Positions 22,726-33,202 are shown, counted from the first letter of the stretch. The stretch: 64,000 nt of DNA from Magnetococcales bacterium (GCA_015229005.1 JADGCL010000002.1:12577-76576), one strand, 5' to 3'. Notes: a model not told the origin generated them from the letters alone. Numbers and translations: made by a program.

Positions 22726-23709
22726 ATGAAGATCCAACTGAACGGCGAGGCCTTCGAGTTGCCGGACGGGAGTACGGTCCACGAGCTCCTGGTCCGTCTG
22801 GAGTTCAACCCACAGCGGGTGGCAGTCGAACGAAATCTGGAAGTCGTCTCCCGACAGGGATACCATGAGGAACGGCTTCAGGAAGGAGACCGGATCGAGG
22901 TGGTTCATTTCATCGGCGGCGGGGAGGCAACCTTGACAGAAGATCCTTTGGTGATTGCCGGCAAGAGCTATCGAAGCCGGCTCCTGGTGGGAACAGGCAA
23001 ATACAAGGACTTCGAGGAGACGGCACGGGCGATCGAGGCCTCGGGGGCGGAGATCGTCACGGTCGCGGTGCGGCGGGTCAACGTCAGCGACCCGAAGGCG
23101 CCGATGTTGACCGATCACGTCGATCCGCGACGCTACACCTATCTGCCCAATACCGCCGGTTGCTTCAACGCCGACGAGGCGGTGCGCACCTTGCGCCTGG
23201 CGCGGGAAGCGGGTGGCTGGGATCTGGTCAAGCTCGAGGTTCTCTCCGATCCCAAATATCTCTGGCCGAACAATCCGGAGACCCTGAAGGCCGCCGAAAT
23301 CCTGGTCCGGGAGGGGTTCAAGGTGATGGTCTACACCACCGACGACCCCTACCTGTGCAAGCGCTTCGAGGAGATGGGGTGCGTGGCGGTCATGCCCCTG
23401 GCGGCGCCGATCGGCTCCGGGCTGGGAGTGCGCAACCCCTTCACCATCCGCATCATCATCGAGCAGGCCAAGGTCCCGGTGTTGGTCGATGCCGGGGTGG
23501 GATCGGCCTCGGACGCGGCCATCGCCATGGAGTTGGGGTGCGACGGCGTCCTCATGAACACGGCGATCGCCGGGGCGAAACATCCCATCCTGATGGCGAG
23601 CGCGATGAAAAAGGCGGTCGAGGCGGGTCGGGAGTCGTTCCTGGCGGGGCGGATCCCGAAAAAACTCTACGCCACCGCCTCAAGCCCCCTGGATGGGACA
23701 TTTTTCTGA
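22726..23709 (+). CDS. thiG: ThiS-ThiG fusion (sulfur carrier + thiazole synthase)
   Basis: N-terminal ubiquitin-like ThiS ending [10 protein letters not shown] in frame with ThiG motifs [37 protein letters not shown]. Confidence 0.93.
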   Translation: MKIQLNGEAFELPDGSTVHELLVRLEFNPQRVAVERNLEVVSRQGYHEERLQEGDRIEVVHFIGGGEATLTEDPLVIAGKSYRSRLLVGTGKYKDFEETARAIEASGAEIVTVAVRRVNVSDPKAPMLTDHVDPRRYTYLPNTAGCFNADEAVRTLRLAREAGGWDLVKLEVLSDPKYLWPNNPETLKAAEILVREGFKVMVYTTDDPYLCKRFEEMGCVAVMPLAAPIGSGLGVRNPFTIRIIIEQAKVPVLVDAGVGSASDAAIAMELGCDGVLMNTAIAGAKHPILMASAMKKAVEAGRESFLAGRIPKKLYATASSPLDGTFF

Positions 23710-23711
23710 GG

Positions 23712-24260
23712 ATGGGCAACACCGGGCAAAAACCCTCCTGGGATCTGCGCTGGCCCGACCCGGTGGCGATCAAGGTCGCGGGCGAGCGCCTGTTGCCGGA
23801 GGTGGAAAAATCAGGCAGGGAACTGAACTGGCGTCTGCCGGTGGTGGTGCAGATGGAGTTCCCCCCGGATTCGACCGCCCTGCCGCGGGGTTTGCTGGTC
23901 TCCCCATGGGGCGTGGAGCGGATCTACTGGGGGCGTCCCGGAAAGGGGACGCCGCCGGTGCGCTCGGCGCTGCCCCTGGAGCCCGATGAGGCGGGTCGCG
24001 TCGCCCGGGGACAGGGGGTGCTGTTGACCACCGAAACGGGCGAACGCCCGGTCGTGATCGCCTGGGAACCGGAAACAGGACACCACTTCGTGGAATCCCT
24101 GCTGAGTTCGGTGGTTTGCGTCCTCTCGGTCGAAGAGGCGATCCAACGGGCCCTGGGAGAGGCCGGACCACCGGCGCCGGCCAGGTCGATTTCGAGCCAC
24201 CTGGAGCGTCCGGTGGGGCGCCGGGCGCTCTTCCAGCTCTTCCGAAGGAAATCCTCCTGA
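23712..24260 (+). CDS. HybE/HupJ-like ([NiFe]-hydrogenase assembly chaperone-like) protein
   Basis: NWRLPV, GLLVSPW, SLLSSV and a C-terminal GRRALF motif resemble the HybE family; ATG 2 nt after the thiG stop. Confidence 0.5.
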   Translation: MGNTGQKPSWDLRWPDPVAIKVAGERLLPEVEKSGRELNWRLPVVVQMEFPPDSTALPRGLLVSPWGVERIYWGRPGKGTPPVRSALPLEPDEAGRVARGQGVLLTTETGERPVVIAWEPETGHHFVESLLSSVVCVLSVEEAIQRALGEAGPPAPARSISSHLERPVGRRALFQLFRRKSS

Positions 24261-24393
24261 CCCGGAAGCCGTTCACAACCTCTTCTTCGCATCAAGCAAT
24301 GTTTTCGGCATGGTTTGCGCCAACGCAGGACGGCGAAAAGGCAGACGGCAGACCCGATGGGATCTGGTAAGCTTGGTGGGAAAGGAGATTGCC

Positions 24394-24699
24394 ATGAGTA
24401 TTGCCGTAACGTTCGACACCCATGCCTACATCAAGCGCCTGAGAAGCGCCGGAGTCCCCGAATCTCAGGCCGAGGCCCAGGCAGAGACCCTGAACAGGGC
24501 CTTGGACGAAGCCATCAATGGCAAAATGGCCGAACTGGCCACCAAGGGAGACTTGTGGCAGCTTGAAACCAAGCTCGACTCCAAAATCGACACCAAGATC
24601 GCCGAAGCCAAAGCCGACCTCATCAAATGGATGTTCGGCGTGGCCGCCGGGCAGGCGATGTTCATCATCGCCATTCTCAAAATGTTCCCGTCCCGTTGA
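24394..24699 (+). CDS. DUF1640/CCDC90-like coiled-coil protein
   Basis: FDTHAYIKRL...QAEA, LATKGDL, C-terminal TM LIKWMFG; AAGGAG RBS. Confidence 0.85.
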   Translation: MSIAVTFDTHAYIKRLRSAGVPESQAEAQAETLNRALDEAINGKMAELATKGDLWQLETKLDSKIDTKIAEAKADLIKWMFGVAAGQAMFIIAILKMFPSR

Positions 24700-24796
24700 A
24701 CCCTGGCCGCTCGTGGGATGCAGGCAAGAGGGATTTTCCCACCGAAGCCGGGGCAACCAGAGGTGATACCGGGCCATCCCGCCCAACGGAATGGCA

Positions 24797-26506
24797 TCAC
24801 CGAAGCGCCAGCGGCGAAAGGTCGAGTACCCGGGAGATCTCGTCCAGGCTCGTCGATCCCTCGCGCACGCGACGGACGCCATCTTCGGCCATCGTCCCGA
24901 GCCCCTTGCCGGCGGCAAGCTTGAGAAAGGCGCTCTTGGGGGCGCCGCCGGCGATCAGATCGTCGAATTCGTCGTCCATCTTCAGGACCTCCATGACCGT
25001 CATCCGCCCACGGAAACCCATGCCGAAGCACCGTTCGCAACCGATGGCCCGGTAGATCGTCGCTTTCTCGTTTGCACCGAAACCGAGGATACGCCGCTCC
25101 AAATCGTCGGGAGGGTACCCCTTCTTGCAGTAGCGGCAGAGGCGACGCACCAACCGTTGGCCAAGAATGCCGATGATATTCCCCGCCAGAACCCCCGGAG
25201 TGACGCCGATATCGAGGAGTCGCGGCAGGGCCCCGAGCGCCGAGTTGGTGTGCAGGGTCGACAACACCTGGTGGCCGGTCATGGCCGCCCGCAGCGCCAT
25301 GTTGGCAGTATCCTCATCGCGGATCTCACCCACCAGGATGATATCGGGATCCTGACGCAGGATCGAGCGGATGCCATCGGCAAAACCCAGATTGGCGGTT
25401 GGATTGACGGTCGTCTGCCGGACCATCTGCATCGGATACTCGACCGGATCCTCCAGAGTCATGATGTTGACCTGCTCGGTATTGAGATAATTCAGCATCG
25501 CGTAGAGCGTGGTCGTCTTGCCGCTGCCGGTGGGGCCAGTGACCAGAATGATCCCCTCGGGCCGGGCCATCATCAGCTTGAGGTTGACAAGAGTCTCCTC
25601 CGCCAGCCCCAACCCTTCGAGAAGAAGCCCCCCCCGGCTGCGGTCGAGAATGCGCAGGACGATGTTTTCACCGTAGGTGGTCGGCTGCGACGAGGCACGG
25701 AAGTCGATGGTGCTGTTGGCGAGCGAAAGGGAAAAACGACCATCCTGCGGCGCCCGCGTCTCGGCGATGTTCATCCCGGCCATCACCTTGAGACGAACGA
25801 GCAACCCCGAAAGAAAATCGCGGTGGAGGCTGCGCACCTCCAGCAGCACCCCATCGATCCGATAGCGAATGCGAACATAACCCGCTTCGGGCTCGATGTG
25901 GATGTCGGAAGCCTCCCGGCGGACCGCCTCGGCAAGTAGCGAGTCCACCAGCCGGACCATCGGATGGCTGAATTCACCCGTCTGGCTGGCAAGGCTCTCC
26001 AGATCCACCACCCCGGTTTCGATCTCCCGGAGAATGCCATCCAGGGAGAGTTCGACGGCGTAGTACTTGTCGATCGCCCGAGAGATCTCACTCTCGCCAG
26101 CCAGAACCCCCTTGACCGTGACCCCGTGCTTCATCCGCGCCTGGACCTTGTCCAGGACCCCGACATCCAGGGTATTGGCCATGGCCACGGTGAAGGTCGA
26201 GGTGGCGGCCTCCCACTTGACCGGAAAGACCCGATAGCGGTCAACCAGGACCTTGGGGAAATCAGCAATCACCGCCGGGTCGATGCGGGTGCTGTCAAGA
26301 GAGATGCTCTCCTCCCCCAGTGCCGCCCCGAGGAGGTCACGCATCACCGGTTCGGGGACGAACCCCAGGGTGACAATGATCCGACCCAACTGGGCGCCGC
26401 TTTTTTTCTGCTCGGTCAGGGCAATGTGGAGCTGATCGTCGGAAATGAAACCGCCCTCGGTCAGCAGCTCACCGATCCGACGCCTGGGCTTGCCGGCAGG
26501 GACCAT
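24797..26506 (-). CDS. GspE/PulE/MshE-family secretion ATPase with MshEN-type N-terminus
   Basis: RIGELLTEGG...LHIALTEQ (MshEN pattern), ASDIHIEP, GPTGSGKTT, LRQDPDIILVGEIRD, TGH, CxxC pairs. Confidence 0.93.
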   Translation of the reverse strand: MVPAGKPRRRIGELLTEGGFISDDQLHIALTEQKKSGAQLGRIIVTLGFVPEPVMRDLLGAALGEESISLDSTRIDPAVIADFPKVLVDRYRVFPVKWEAATSTFTVAMANTLDVGVLDKVQARMKHGVTVKGVLAGESEISRAIDKYYAVELSLDGILREIETGVVDLESLASQTGEFSHPMVRLVDSLLAEAVRREASDIHIEPEAGYVRIRYRIDGVLLEVRSLHRDFLSGLLVRLKVMAGMNIAETRAPQDGRFSLSLANSTIDFRASSQPTTYGENIVLRILDRSRGGLLLEGLGLAEETLVNLKLMMARPEGIILVTGPTGSGKTTTLYAMLNYLNTEQVNIMTLEDPVEYPMQMVRQTTVNPTANLGFADGIRSILRQDPDIILVGEIRDEDTANMALRAAMTGHQVLSTLHTNSALGALPRLLDIGVTPGVLAGNIIGILGQRLVRRLCRYCKKGYPPDDLERRILGFGANEKATIYRAIGCERCFGMGFRGRMTVMEVLKMDDEFDDLIAGGAPKSAFLKLAAGKGLGTMAEDGVRRVREGSTSLDEISRVLDLSPLALR

Positions 26507-26508
26507 GA

Positions 26509-29250
26509 TCAGGGGATCCGACGCGACAGGACGGCGAGGCGGCGTACCACCGCCTTGTGATCGAAGACCGGGCCGGACTCGCCCCGAAGATGACGCAGAG
26601 CCAGACGATAGTAGCGGATGGCCTCCCGGTTCTCCTCCAGATGGTCGAGACTCACAGCCAGATTATAGAGAATCTCAGGATTTTCCCGATCCAGGCGCAG
26701 GGCATCGGCAAAGCTCGCCCGGGCCTCCTCCCAGCGACCGCTGGCAACATGGATGTTGCCCAGCGCAAAGTGCAGATGGATCGCATCGGGATGATCGGCA
26801 AGGAGCATCTTCAAACGATTCTCCTCGGTATCCGGATCACCGCCGCCATCGAGACCGAGGAGCGCCGCCTCGGCCACGGTATTATGGGGATCGTCGCGGA
26901 GAATTCCCTGGTAAAGACGCCGGGCCCGGACAAGATCCCGTTGCCGGGCAGCCAGGGAGGCCATCCCGAGACGGGCCTCGATGTTGTCGGGTTCAGCCTC
27001 CAGGATGGTCCGAAAGTGACCCTCGGCCTCCCCCAATCGCCCTTCTCGAAAGGCCTCCGCTCCCTGATCCAGCCGTTCCCAGAGCGACTCCTGCCGACGA
27101 CTCTCCCGCACCACCCGCAGACGATCGGCATCTCCCTCCCCGGCCCTCCGGCTCTCCGCAGCGGCAAGAGAAGCCGTCCCCCCGGACTGCGGTTCCGGGG
27201 CATCCTGGCCTCGGCCCGACACACCACTCCCGGGTGAGAGGCGAAAGGCCGAGGCCCGCTCCTCCCGCGGGGGCAATACACCGTCGGTCGACCCCTTCCC
27301 AACGCCAGGGATCGGCGCCGGCTCAGGTGATGCCGGCCCTGTCGGCGGCGCAGGTGAAACAACGGCCACCGCAGTCGACTCCGGAGGGACGGCAACCGAC
27401 CCCGCAGGGGGAGAAGCAGCCGGCGCCGCAGGGGGAGAAGCAGCAGGCGCCGCAGGGGGAGAAGCAGCCGGCGCCGCAGGGGGAGAAGCAGCAGGCGCCG
27501 CAGGGGGAGAAGCAGCCGGCGCCGCAGGGGGAGTGGCAGCAGGCGCCGCAGGAGAAGTGGCAGCAGGCGCCGCAGGGGGAGTGGCAGCCGGCGCCGCAGG
27601 GGGAGTGGCAGCCGGCGCCGCAGGGGGCGGAACCGGTTCCAATGCCGCCGCCTGCAGTGTCGTCCCGTCACCGCCTTCACCTCCGACCTCACCCTGGGAG
27701 GGGGGAGCAAGGGCTTCCCGATCACCGGCAACCACCTGGGGCTCGCCACCCGAAGTGGCATCCGCCGCCGGGGAGGGCGAATCCGGGGAGGGTAGAGATC
27801 CCGTGGTCCCGCCGGACACCTCCCTGGCCCGGACCGGGAGGTGCGTCGGTTCGTCGCCACTCCTCCGGAGAGGCCCCGCCATCTCCCCACCGGATTCCAG
27901 GGATTCCAGAGCCCGGGTCAAAAACAGCCAGGCCCCGACCAGAACGACGACGGTCACCCCGGTACCGGCAAGAAGCCAGGTCAGAAGGTTCCTCTGGCCC
28001 CCTTCGCGGCGCTCGGCCTGCAGGAGACGCCGACCGTCGGCCGGAGCCGGACTTCGACCCCTCCCCTGCCCTGCCACCGGCACTCCCCGCAGCGGCGAAG
28101 CGCCCCTCTCCGCCCCGAGAGTGCTACTCCCCGACGTCCCAGCAATGGACTGGGGACCCGCAGGGGTCGTCGTTCGACCCACCTCAGTGCGCAGAAAGGA
28201 GTGGGCTCCCGGCTCAGTCGAGGCGGCGACCTCTGGCACCAGTGAGCGGGAAACAGCATCGCCCGGACTCTCACCGACCGCTCGACGATCACCCTCACGG
28301 CCACTCTCTCGAAAAGGGGATCCCTCCCCCAGACCGGGAAGGCTCCCGGCGCCCGTCTCCTGAAAAGGGGAGCCCTCTTCCATATCGGATGGGCTCTCCG
28401 TGTCCCTCTTCTGAAAAGGGGATTCCTCCCACCTGCCGATGCCGGGAAGCACCTCGCCGGCGGGAAGTGACGGCAGTGACCGGGAAGGATCCACTGAGGC
28501 CGTCTGCTCCTGCTCCACCGCCTCGAAAGGGATCCTCTCGATCGCAACCACTCGGGAAGTTGCGGATGGAGCCTCGCCGCCATCGTCGGATCCCGGAAAA
28601 AGCCGGGGGAGTGTGGGAGGAATCTCGATAAGCCCAATCCCGTCGGTCTCCGTGCCCATGGCCGAAAAGAGCGGATCGGTGCGCGCCGCAGGAGAGTCTG
28701 CCTCCGCAGCGCTCCCGGGAACGGACAGCCCGGCGCCAACAAAATCCGGTGGCATCCGCGCCGGCGGGTCGACCAAATCTCCTGCGAAATCGTTCAGGGT
28801 GAGATCGGGAGGGGGCTCCTCGTCATAACGCTCACCGGATGCCTCCCCATCCCCAATGATGGCCTCGGCGTGGGGGGAGGCGTCCGGACGATGGGCAACC
28901 TCGGCAAGGGAAGATGGAGACCCGGCAAGGGAAGATGGAGACCCGGCAAGGGAAGAAGACTCGGCAAGTGAAGAAGACTCGGCAAGGGAGGGGAACTCGG
29001 GGGCAGAGGCGGGATCGGTAAGTGGAGGGGACCCGGCAAGAGAAAGCGGCTCCGGAACAGAAAGCAACCCGGCAGGGGAAGGGGGCTCGGTGAATGAAGG
29101 AGACTCGGCAAGGGAGGGCAACTCGACGCCCGGAGCAACCAACCCCGCAGGGCTCCCGTCGACAGGAGCCGGCTCACCCTGCCGGCGAGCCGCCTCCCGT
29201 TTGCGCCTGGCGCGATCCGCCACCCGCAAGGTTTCGATCAGGAGGCTCAT
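26509..29250 (-). CDS. MshN-like membrane-anchored protein with disordered N-terminus and C-terminal TPRs
   Basis: MSLLIETLR start, one TM segment (LLAGTGVTVVVLVGAWLFL), TPR motifs (HFALGN, YNLAVSLD); lies between secretin and ATPase. Confidence 0.75.
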   Translation of the reverse strand: MSLLIETLRVADRARRKREAARRQGEPAPVDGSPAGLVAPGVELPSLAESPSFTEPPSPAGLLSVPEPLSLAGSPPLTDPASAPEFPSLAESSSLAESSSLAGSPSSLAGSPSSLAEVAHRPDASPHAEAIIGDGEASGERYDEEPPPDLTLNDFAGDLVDPPARMPPDFVGAGLSVPGSAAEADSPAARTDPLFSAMGTETDGIGLIEIPPTLPRLFPGSDDGGEAPSATSRVVAIERIPFEAVEQEQTASVDPSRSLPSLPAGEVLPGIGRWEESPFQKRDTESPSDMEEGSPFQETGAGSLPGLGEGSPFRESGREGDRRAVGESPGDAVSRSLVPEVAASTEPGAHSFLRTEVGRTTTPAGPQSIAGTSGSSTLGAERGASPLRGVPVAGQGRGRSPAPADGRRLLQAERREGGQRNLLTWLLAGTGVTVVVLVGAWLFLTRALESLESGGEMAGPLRRSGDEPTHLPVRAREVSGGTTGSLPSPDSPSPAADATSGGEPQVVAGDREALAPPSQGEVGGEGGDGTTLQAAALEPVPPPAAPAATPPAAPAATPPAAPAATSPAAPAATPPAAPAASPPAAPAASPPAAPAASPPAAPAASPPAAPAASPPAGSVAVPPESTAVAVVSPAPPTGPASPEPAPIPGVGKGSTDGVLPPREERASAFRLSPGSGVSGRGQDAPEPQSGGTASLAAAESRRAGEGDADRLRVVRESRRQESLWERLDQGAEAFREGRLGEAEGHFRTILEAEPDNIEARLGMASLAARQRDLVRARRLYQGILRDDPHNTVAEAALLGLDGGGDPDTEENRLKMLLADHPDAIHLHFALGNIHVASGRWEEARASFADALRLDRENPEILYNLAVSLDHLEENREAIRYYRLALRHLRGESGPVFDHKAVVRRLAVLSRRIP
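27402..27627. repeat. Coding tandem repeat, about 9 x 24 bp (PPAAPAA[S/T]), within the TPR gene
   Basis: CCGCAGGGGGAGAAGCAGCCGGCG units read directly; additional 18-21 bp repeats at 28902-28990. Confidence 0.92.
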
Positions 29251-30950
29251 GGATTCAGGGTCTCGACCTTGACACCCCCGCCGCGATCAGGGGCCTCCGT
29301 GGGGACGCTGCGGGAGTCGGCCTCCTCCCCGGGCCCGCGGCTTCCCAGCCAATCCCCGCGAATCTCCGCATTCACCCCATCGAAGAGCCGGCGATCCCCG
29401 GTCGAGGCCAGATCGACGGGCTCCCGAACGACCACCGGACGCAGAAAGATCACCAGCTCCGTCTTGCGCGCCTCGCGGGTGCGGTAACGAAAGAGGTCGC
29501 CGACGACAGGGAGCGTCGCCAGGTAGGGGACCGAATCGTTCCCCTGCACGAAACTGTTCTCCATCAGTCCCCCCAGAACGGCCACCAGACCGTTGGGAAC
29601 CCGCAGCACCGAATCCATCTCCTGGACCCGGAGCACCGGAACCTGCACCGCACGGGGGTCGGTCACGGCGACCTTGTGCAGTTCCGGGTCCGGGTTCTCC
29701 TTCCACTCGGAGATCCGCTGTATGGTCGGGCGCAGGGTGAGGGTGACGACCTCCCGGTCGCTCACCTGGGGGGTCACATGCATGATGAACCCCTCGGGGA
29801 CGGTACGGATCTGGAATTCGGTCATCGGGTCGCTGGTCTTGCGCCCGTCCCGATCGAACTGCGCCGGAGTGACGCTGGTCTGGAAATAGACCTGATTGGT
29901 CGAGACCCGCAGAATCGCCGTCTGATTGTTGATGATCGTGATCTTGGGCGACGAAAGGACCCGGGTACTGCCGAACTTGGCAAGGAGGCGCAGCGTCAGC
30001 TTGAGGTCCGGCCCCCGGAGAATCCCGGTGACGCTGATGGGCGAATCATCGAACAGATTGGTATTGATCGACGGCAACGGCTCGTCGGAGATGTCGGTCG
30101 AGCCCCGGATCTGGCTCCAGTCGACCCCGGCCTGGTACTTGTCGTCGAGGAGTACCTCCACCACGGTCGCCTCCAGGACCACCTGCCGCCGGGCGCTCTC
30201 CATGACCCGGTCGAGGAAGGCCTGGACCTCGGCGTGGCCACGGCTGTTGGCCATGACGTTGATGATCCCCGACGCCTTGTTGACGATGACCCGCTTGTCC
30301 TCACCGTCCGGGGGGACTCCGATGATCTCCTCGATGTTCTCGACCAGGCCTCCCCAGAAATTGACGTCGGAGGCGCTCTTCAGGTTGACGCCGGAGCTGT
30401 TGCTGCCGCTCGTGGTCGCGACCTGGGTGGAGACGGCGACGTCGGAGGTCATGCCACGGGCAGTGGCGACATAATCGACCCGATAGTTGCGACGGTAGGG
30501 AAGGTCGGGGGTGATGATGATGTCATCGCCCTCCAGCCGATAGCGCAGACTCGCCTGGCCGGCGATACGGTCCAGGATCCTGGGCAGCGTCTGGTTCACC
30601 GCGTTCAGGGTGATGTTGCCCTCGATCCCGGGATAGACATCGATATTGAGCTCCGCGTCACGGGCAAGGGCAAAGAGGACCTCCCGGATAGGGACGTCGG
30701 TCACCGTCACGGTGTAGGTGGCCAACTGCGGCGTGGGACGTTTCCCCCGCACCAGGAAGGGAGCCATCGCCAGAGGCTCGGGGATCGGGGCATCCTCCTC
30801 CACCCCGGGGGTGTCGCCAGAAGTATCGGACGAACCCTTCGCGGCGGATTCCGGGTTGGTGGCAACCTCCGCGCAGGAGGAGACCAAAAGGGCACAGAGG
30901 AGCGTCCATCCCGCCGACGGCCTTGACCTCCCTCTCCGCCCCCGCCGCAT
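29247..30950 (-). CDS. MshL-like secretin lipoprotein
   Basis: Lipobox LLVSSC, QVVLEATVVEV, VLSSPKITIINNQTA, VLGGLM, LPVVGDLF, KTELVIFLRP. Confidence 0.9.
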   Translation of the reverse strand: MRRGRRGRSRPSAGWTLLCALLVSSCAEVATNPESAAKGSSDTSGDTPGVEEDAPIPEPLAMAPFLVRGKRPTPQLATYTVTVTDVPIREVLFALARDAELNIDVYPGIEGNITLNAVNQTLPRILDRIAGQASLRYRLEGDDIIITPDLPYRRNYRVDYVATARGMTSDVAVSTQVATTSGSNSSGVNLKSASDVNFWGGLVENIEEIIGVPPDGEDKRVIVNKASGIINVMANSRGHAEVQAFLDRVMESARRQVVLEATVVEVLLDDKYQAGVDWSQIRGSTDISDEPLPSINTNLFDDSPISVTGILRGPDLKLTLRLLAKFGSTRVLSSPKITIINNQTAILRVSTNQVYFQTSVTPAQFDRDGRKTSDPMTEFQIRTVPEGFIMHVTPQVSDREVVTLTLRPTIQRISEWKENPDPELHKVAVTDPRAVQVPVLRVQEMDSVLRVPNGLVAVLGGLMENSFVQGNDSVPYLATLPVVGDLFRYRTREARKTELVIFLRPVVVREPVDLASTGDRRLFDGVNAEIRGDWLGSRGPGEEADSRSVPTEAPDRGGGVKVETLNP

Positions 30951-30952
30951 CG

Positions 30953-33202
30953 TCAGGAACTCCCAACCCGCGCCAGGCGACCGATGGAACTCCGGATCCA
31001 GGGCAGCGAGCGGATCATGGGACGCGATTGGCGCCACTCCTCGGGAAGCTCACGGATGACCTTTTCCGCTTCGTCCGAGTGGGCAAATTCGTTGAGATAG
31101 ACCAGGAGCCGGTTGTCCACCAGGCGGAAGAGACGAATCTCCGCCGGCCCGATCCGCTCCACCATCTCGCCAAGGCGATGCTCCAATACCTCCACCCCCT
31201 CGTCCTGGGTCAGAATCATCAACTGGATGCTGAACCCCTGCCCCTCGCCATAGAGCCACTCGTGGGAAGCCAGGATCGCGTCCCGATACCGGTCCGCCGG
31301 CATCAAGTAGGGCGATCCCCTCTCCCGGATGGCCGCACCCCCGGAGTCCGGACCTACTCCACCACTGCCACCGGCCACCGACGCCAGGGTAATGCTCCCC
31401 ACCCGGGTCGTCGTGACGGCGCTCTGGCCACCCCCCGCCGTCGCCACCCCGACCAGGGTCCCCTCCCCACCCTCCGTTTCGACGGCGATGAACTCCTGGG
31501 CCGGCAACTCCGGCTCCCCCCTGCCGACATCTTCCGCCAACGCTGCCACCGAATGCAGAGCCACACCGGCCTCCGACCTCTCGATTGCGACCCGCTGCGG
31601 CAATCGCGATACGGGACGAACCGTCGGCGGGCGGAGCGCCATCGCCGGCGCCAGAGTAGCTGCCAGAGCAGGTGCCAGAGCAGGCGCCGGTAGACGCGCC
31701 GGAGCCGGGATCGTCCCGGAAGTCGGCGGGACAACCGTCGCCGATCTGCCGGCCACCGCCGGGGCCGATGCCGGCAGGGCGGACTTCACCAGGGCCGGAG
31801 ACGACGCCAGCGATGCGGTCACTACCGGCAAGGCGGTGACGGTTCTCTCTCCGGGAGAAACCCAGGAACTCTCGATGGCTGGTCCCGACGTTCCATTGGT
31901 CCCCTGTTTCCGGGAAGAACCCGTACCCGCCTCCCGAAGGGCATCGGCCAAACGGGCCAACTGCACGGCCTGGGCCGCCCCCGCGCCGGGGAACTCCCCT
32001 CCCCCCTCGGCACCCACCCGTCCGGCGGCGGGGAGTGCCGCCGCCGGAGGTGAAAGCTCCGGAAGTGATGGCCTTGCCGCCTCCAAGCGCCGACGAACCC
32101 CCTCCTCGGCGGCATCGATGGCACTCATCTCCGGGAGAGCCGGCGCACCAACCGGGGCAACCTCGGGCCTGGGGGGCAGCTTTCCCCGAAAGACCGGAGG
32201 CTGGGAACGAGACTTGCCGCCAGCTCCGGTCAAGCCCCCTTCCCGGACGACATTTGCCTCTGCGACGCTCTCCGCCACAGGATCGGCAGCAAGCCGTATC
32301 GGCGCCGAAAGAAGGGCGGTCGTCACGGGGACCATTACCAGAAGGCCGGCAGCAATCAGGACGGGACGGCGCCAGGCCTGGAACCAACGGGGGGAGAAAT
32401 CACAGGAACGGAGCGCCATGACGACCTCTCCGTAGCCCACCTGCCGCCGGCTGGCGGCAAAGGCGGCCATCATCGCCTTGTGGGCAAGAATGTTGATGCG
32501 CCGCAGGCTGCCTCCGGAGTGCCAGCGAATGGCCCGGATCGCTGCCTGGGAGAAGAGGTGGGGTCCACGATAACCGCAACCACGCAGACGGGTCTGGAGA
32601 TAGTGATCCAGTTCATGGCCCGAAAGCGCATGGATGTAGAAACGGCTGGTGATCCGCTCACGAATCTGTCTGCTCTCGGGGCCGGCCAGAAGCTGGTCGA
32701 GCTCCGGCTGCCCGAACAGGACAACCTGGAGGAGTTTCCGGCGCTCAGTTTCGAGATTGCACAGGAGCCGCACCTCCTCCAGGGTGGCGAGAGGCATCCC
32801 CTGCGCCTCCTCGACGAAAAGAACGACCTGGCGTCCCTCGGCATGGCGTTCGATGAGACAACTCTGGAGCCTGTGCAACAACTGATAGCGATCGTGGCCC
32901 CCCCCGGGCGGAATCGCACCAAGCTCGGAGAGAACGGCAGGCAGGATGTGTTCCGGTCCGAGATTGGGGTAGAAGAGGTAGAGGGTCTCCACCTTCTCCG
33001 GCAAGCGCTCCATGAGGGTCCGGCAGATGAGGGTCTTGCCGCTCCCCACCTCGCCCACGACCTTGATCAGCCCCTCGCCGTTCTCAATGGCGCTTTGCAA
33101 ACGCTCGAGGATGACCCCACGATTCCCCCCCTCGTAAAAAAAATCGACCTCGGGGGTAATGGCAAACGGGACTCTTTGCAGGCCAAAGTGTTCCAGGTAC
33201 AT
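30953..33202 (-). CDS. MshM/ExeA-family AAA ATPase with TM segment, linker and C-terminal SPOR-like domain
   Basis: MYLEHFGL..PF, GEVGSGKT, VEEAQ, LFGQPEL; C-terminal FSIQL...RELPEEWRQSRPMIR. Confidence 0.88.
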   Translation of the reverse strand: MYLEHFGLQRVPFAITPEVDFFYEGGNRGVILERLQSAIENGEGLIKVVGEVGSGKTLICRTLMERLPEKVETLYLFYPNLGPEHILPAVLSELGAIPPGGGHDRYQLLHRLQSCLIERHAEGRQVVLFVEEAQGMPLATLEEVRLLCNLETERRKLLQVVLFGQPELDQLLAGPESRQIRERITSRFYIHALSGHELDHYLQTRLRGCGYRGPHLFSQAAIRAIRWHSGGSLRRINILAHKAMMAAFAASRRQVGYGEVVMALRSCDFSPRWFQAWRRPVLIAAGLLVMVPVTTALLSAPIRLAADPVAESVAEANVVREGGLTGAGGKSRSQPPVFRGKLPPRPEVAPVGAPALPEMSAIDAAEEGVRRRLEAARPSLPELSPPAAALPAAGRVGAEGGGEFPGAGAAQAVQLARLADALREAGTGSSRKQGTNGTSGPAIESSWVSPGERTVTALPVVTASLASSPALVKSALPASAPAVAGRSATVVPPTSGTIPAPARLPAPALAPALAATLAPAMALRPPTVRPVSRLPQRVAIERSEAGVALHSVAALAEDVGRGEPELPAQEFIAVETEGGEGTLVGVATAGGGQSAVTTTRVGSITLASVAGGSGGVGPDSGGAAIRERGSPYLMPADRYRDAILASHEWLYGEGQGFSIQLMILTQDEGVEVLEHRLGEMVERIGPAEIRLFRLVDNRLLVYLNEFAHSDEAEKVIRELPEEWRQSRPMIRSLPWIRSSIGRLARVGSS

